From NCBI RefSeq assembly GCF_902713615.1, contig NC_052172.1, forward strand, positions 6,119,337 through 6,183,336: a stretch of DNA of 64,000 nucleotides, read 5' to 3'. Shown here piece by piece: positions 62,701 through 64,000 of the stretch. Source of the stretch: Scyliorhinus canicula (Eukaryota). The stretch's first letter is position 1, and each line of letters opens with the position of its first letter. The position numbers and the translations under genes were made by a program. A model generated the notes under the pieces. That model had not been told where the DNA came from, did not search any database, and saw only the letters and a program-made list of their open reading frames with translations.

Positions 62701-63133
62701 ATGCATTTAATGCGATTTTTGGTGCCTGCCATTCTGTTGCACAGTGAGTTTCCCTCGGTATTTACTTTTTGGCATTTTGGCTCCGAATTTCAACGGCCCC
62801 TGATTTTTAACCCCAGCATTTTCTTCCCAATTCACAGGTGTAGCAGGCGGGACAGTTGATCAAAGTCCAGCTGTCATCTCAGAATCTCAGAATTCCGCCC
62901 TCAAAATCCTCTGTTCCGCCAAGGGTTCCTTCAGCTCCGAGTTTACCTGGTACCGCCAGCTGGCAAATGGAGAGCTCTTGTTGCTCTTCTACTCGCCCAA
63001 CACTAACACGGTCGATCCGAATAAGGAGGTGGACGGCTTTATCGCCTCCAGGAGCGACGACTCTACTTTCCACCTGCAGGCGCCCAGCCTGCGAGCGAAC
63101 CACACTGGGGTGTATTACTGTGCCTGGAGACTC
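62701..63133 (+). CDS. TRBV: TCR beta V segment, functional, CAWR subfamily (leader 62701-62743; V exon 62838-63133)
   Basis: MHLMRFLVPAILLH|gtgag...cacag|SVAGGTVDQSPAV..KILCSAKGSFSSEFTWYRQ..NHTGVYYCAWRL; frame checked open. Confidence 0.92.
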
Positions 63134-63172
63134 CACAGTGACACGAGGAAGAGGATGAGTGCAACAAAAACC
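63134..63172 (+). other. 23-RSS (consensus)
   Basis: cacagtg + 23 nt + acaaaaacc. Confidence 0.95.
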
Positions 63173-63951
63173 TGGTGCGGCAGAGAAGGGTATTCAGGAC
63201 CGAACCAGTCACTGCGGTGCTGGGTGTTACACTGGGGGGTGGTGGGGGAGGGTACTCTGAAGATTACCTCACCAAATGTGAGAGCCAATGGAGAGGTTAA
63301 GAGAAGTCCCCTCCCTTCCCATGATGCAATATTGAAGGTAGTAATCAATATTGCCAGTTCTAAATCGCACGCTCTGCCCAGAACATTGAGTTATTGAACT
63401 CTCAGTGAATCCATCCAATAAACACAAGGATCCCGAGATGGCTGCATCCCCACTCTCGATTTTGTGCTCATGGCAACGGATAAGGTGGAGCTGGCCTCTG
63501 AGGTGTCAGTGACCGCACTGTAACGGCTCGGGGTGTCCTCCTTTGGGACGTAGCTCCTTACTCTCTTCAATAACACAGCTTGTCAGTGTCTACTCTGGGT
63601 CGCTCTGTTTTGATACCACTCTGTCTTTATCTCTCTATCTCTATCTATCTTTCCATTGATCGCTGTCTGTCTCACTGTCTCCACTTGCCTCTTTCTTTTT
63701 CTCGCTCTTTCTCACTTTTTCCACATTTGCGAATGTGAAGACTACCCACACATTTTCTCTCTCACTGTCTCAGTATCTGTTCCCCTCTCGATCTCTTTGT
63801 CGCCCACACGTTTTTCTTTCTCTCTGCGTCTCCCTGTGACACTCTGTTTCCTTGCCCGTCTCAACCTCTCTTCCCTCTTTTCCCGAACGCTGGTGATGCG
63901 CGTGCAAACTATCCCTGGGTTTATATTTTCCCCTCCTTCACTCTTTTGCAG

Positions 63952-64000
63952 ATGTGGCGCCCGTGCTGATCCAACAGACACCAGCTCACATATCCACTTC
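63952..64000 (+). CDS. Start of a further V exon, truncated by the window end
   Basis: Polypyrimidine + ttgcag acceptor, then (x)VAPVLIQQTPAHIST, a typical V FR1 start (xQTP); leader not identified. Confidence 0.6.

Noticed and set aside
61050-63490. Leader-like MAATPLWTLLLMAT (61050) and MAASPLSIL (63437) as the leader of V 63952
   Set aside because: Donor phase does not fit the phase-1 V exon and the two copies differ by a frameshift; left unresolved
1-64000. D, J or C segments
   Set aside because: cactgtg hits (e.g. about 16239, 35473, 60215) lack a nonamer at 12 or 23 nt; no FGxG J motif with RSS and no C1 exon seen by eye

Overview
Eukaryotic, repeat-rich DNA from a cartilaginous fish; the SINE and CR1 repeat landscape suggests a shark, possibly a catshark (inference). 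The window is part of an antigen-receptor V-segment array, most likely TCR beta. I find 16 V segments plus a 17th cut by the window end and one possible relic, all on the + strand. Nine look functional, with a leader exon, a phase-1 GT-AG intron, a V exon carrying C23/W41/C104, and a 23-bp-spacer RSS. Seven are ORF-only or pseudogenes. They fall into these groups: (i) a TRBV30-like 'CAWS/CAWR' family; (ii) TRBV20/29-like 'CATS' and 'CVAT' genes; (iii) an Ig-like family with a W-x-C-x5-C motif across CDR2; (iv) a related Ig-like 'LAHRD' family present only as pseudogenes. The array grew by multi-gene cassette duplication and is riddled with CR1 LINEs, tRNA-SINEs, a young 5'-truncated L1 with TSD, a Rex1/Babar fragment, Penelope remnants, a solo LTR and a 33-bp minisatellite. 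No D, J or C segments are visible. A 677-N gap (61243-61919) probably hides another V. All comparisons to known families are from memory and were not database-searched.
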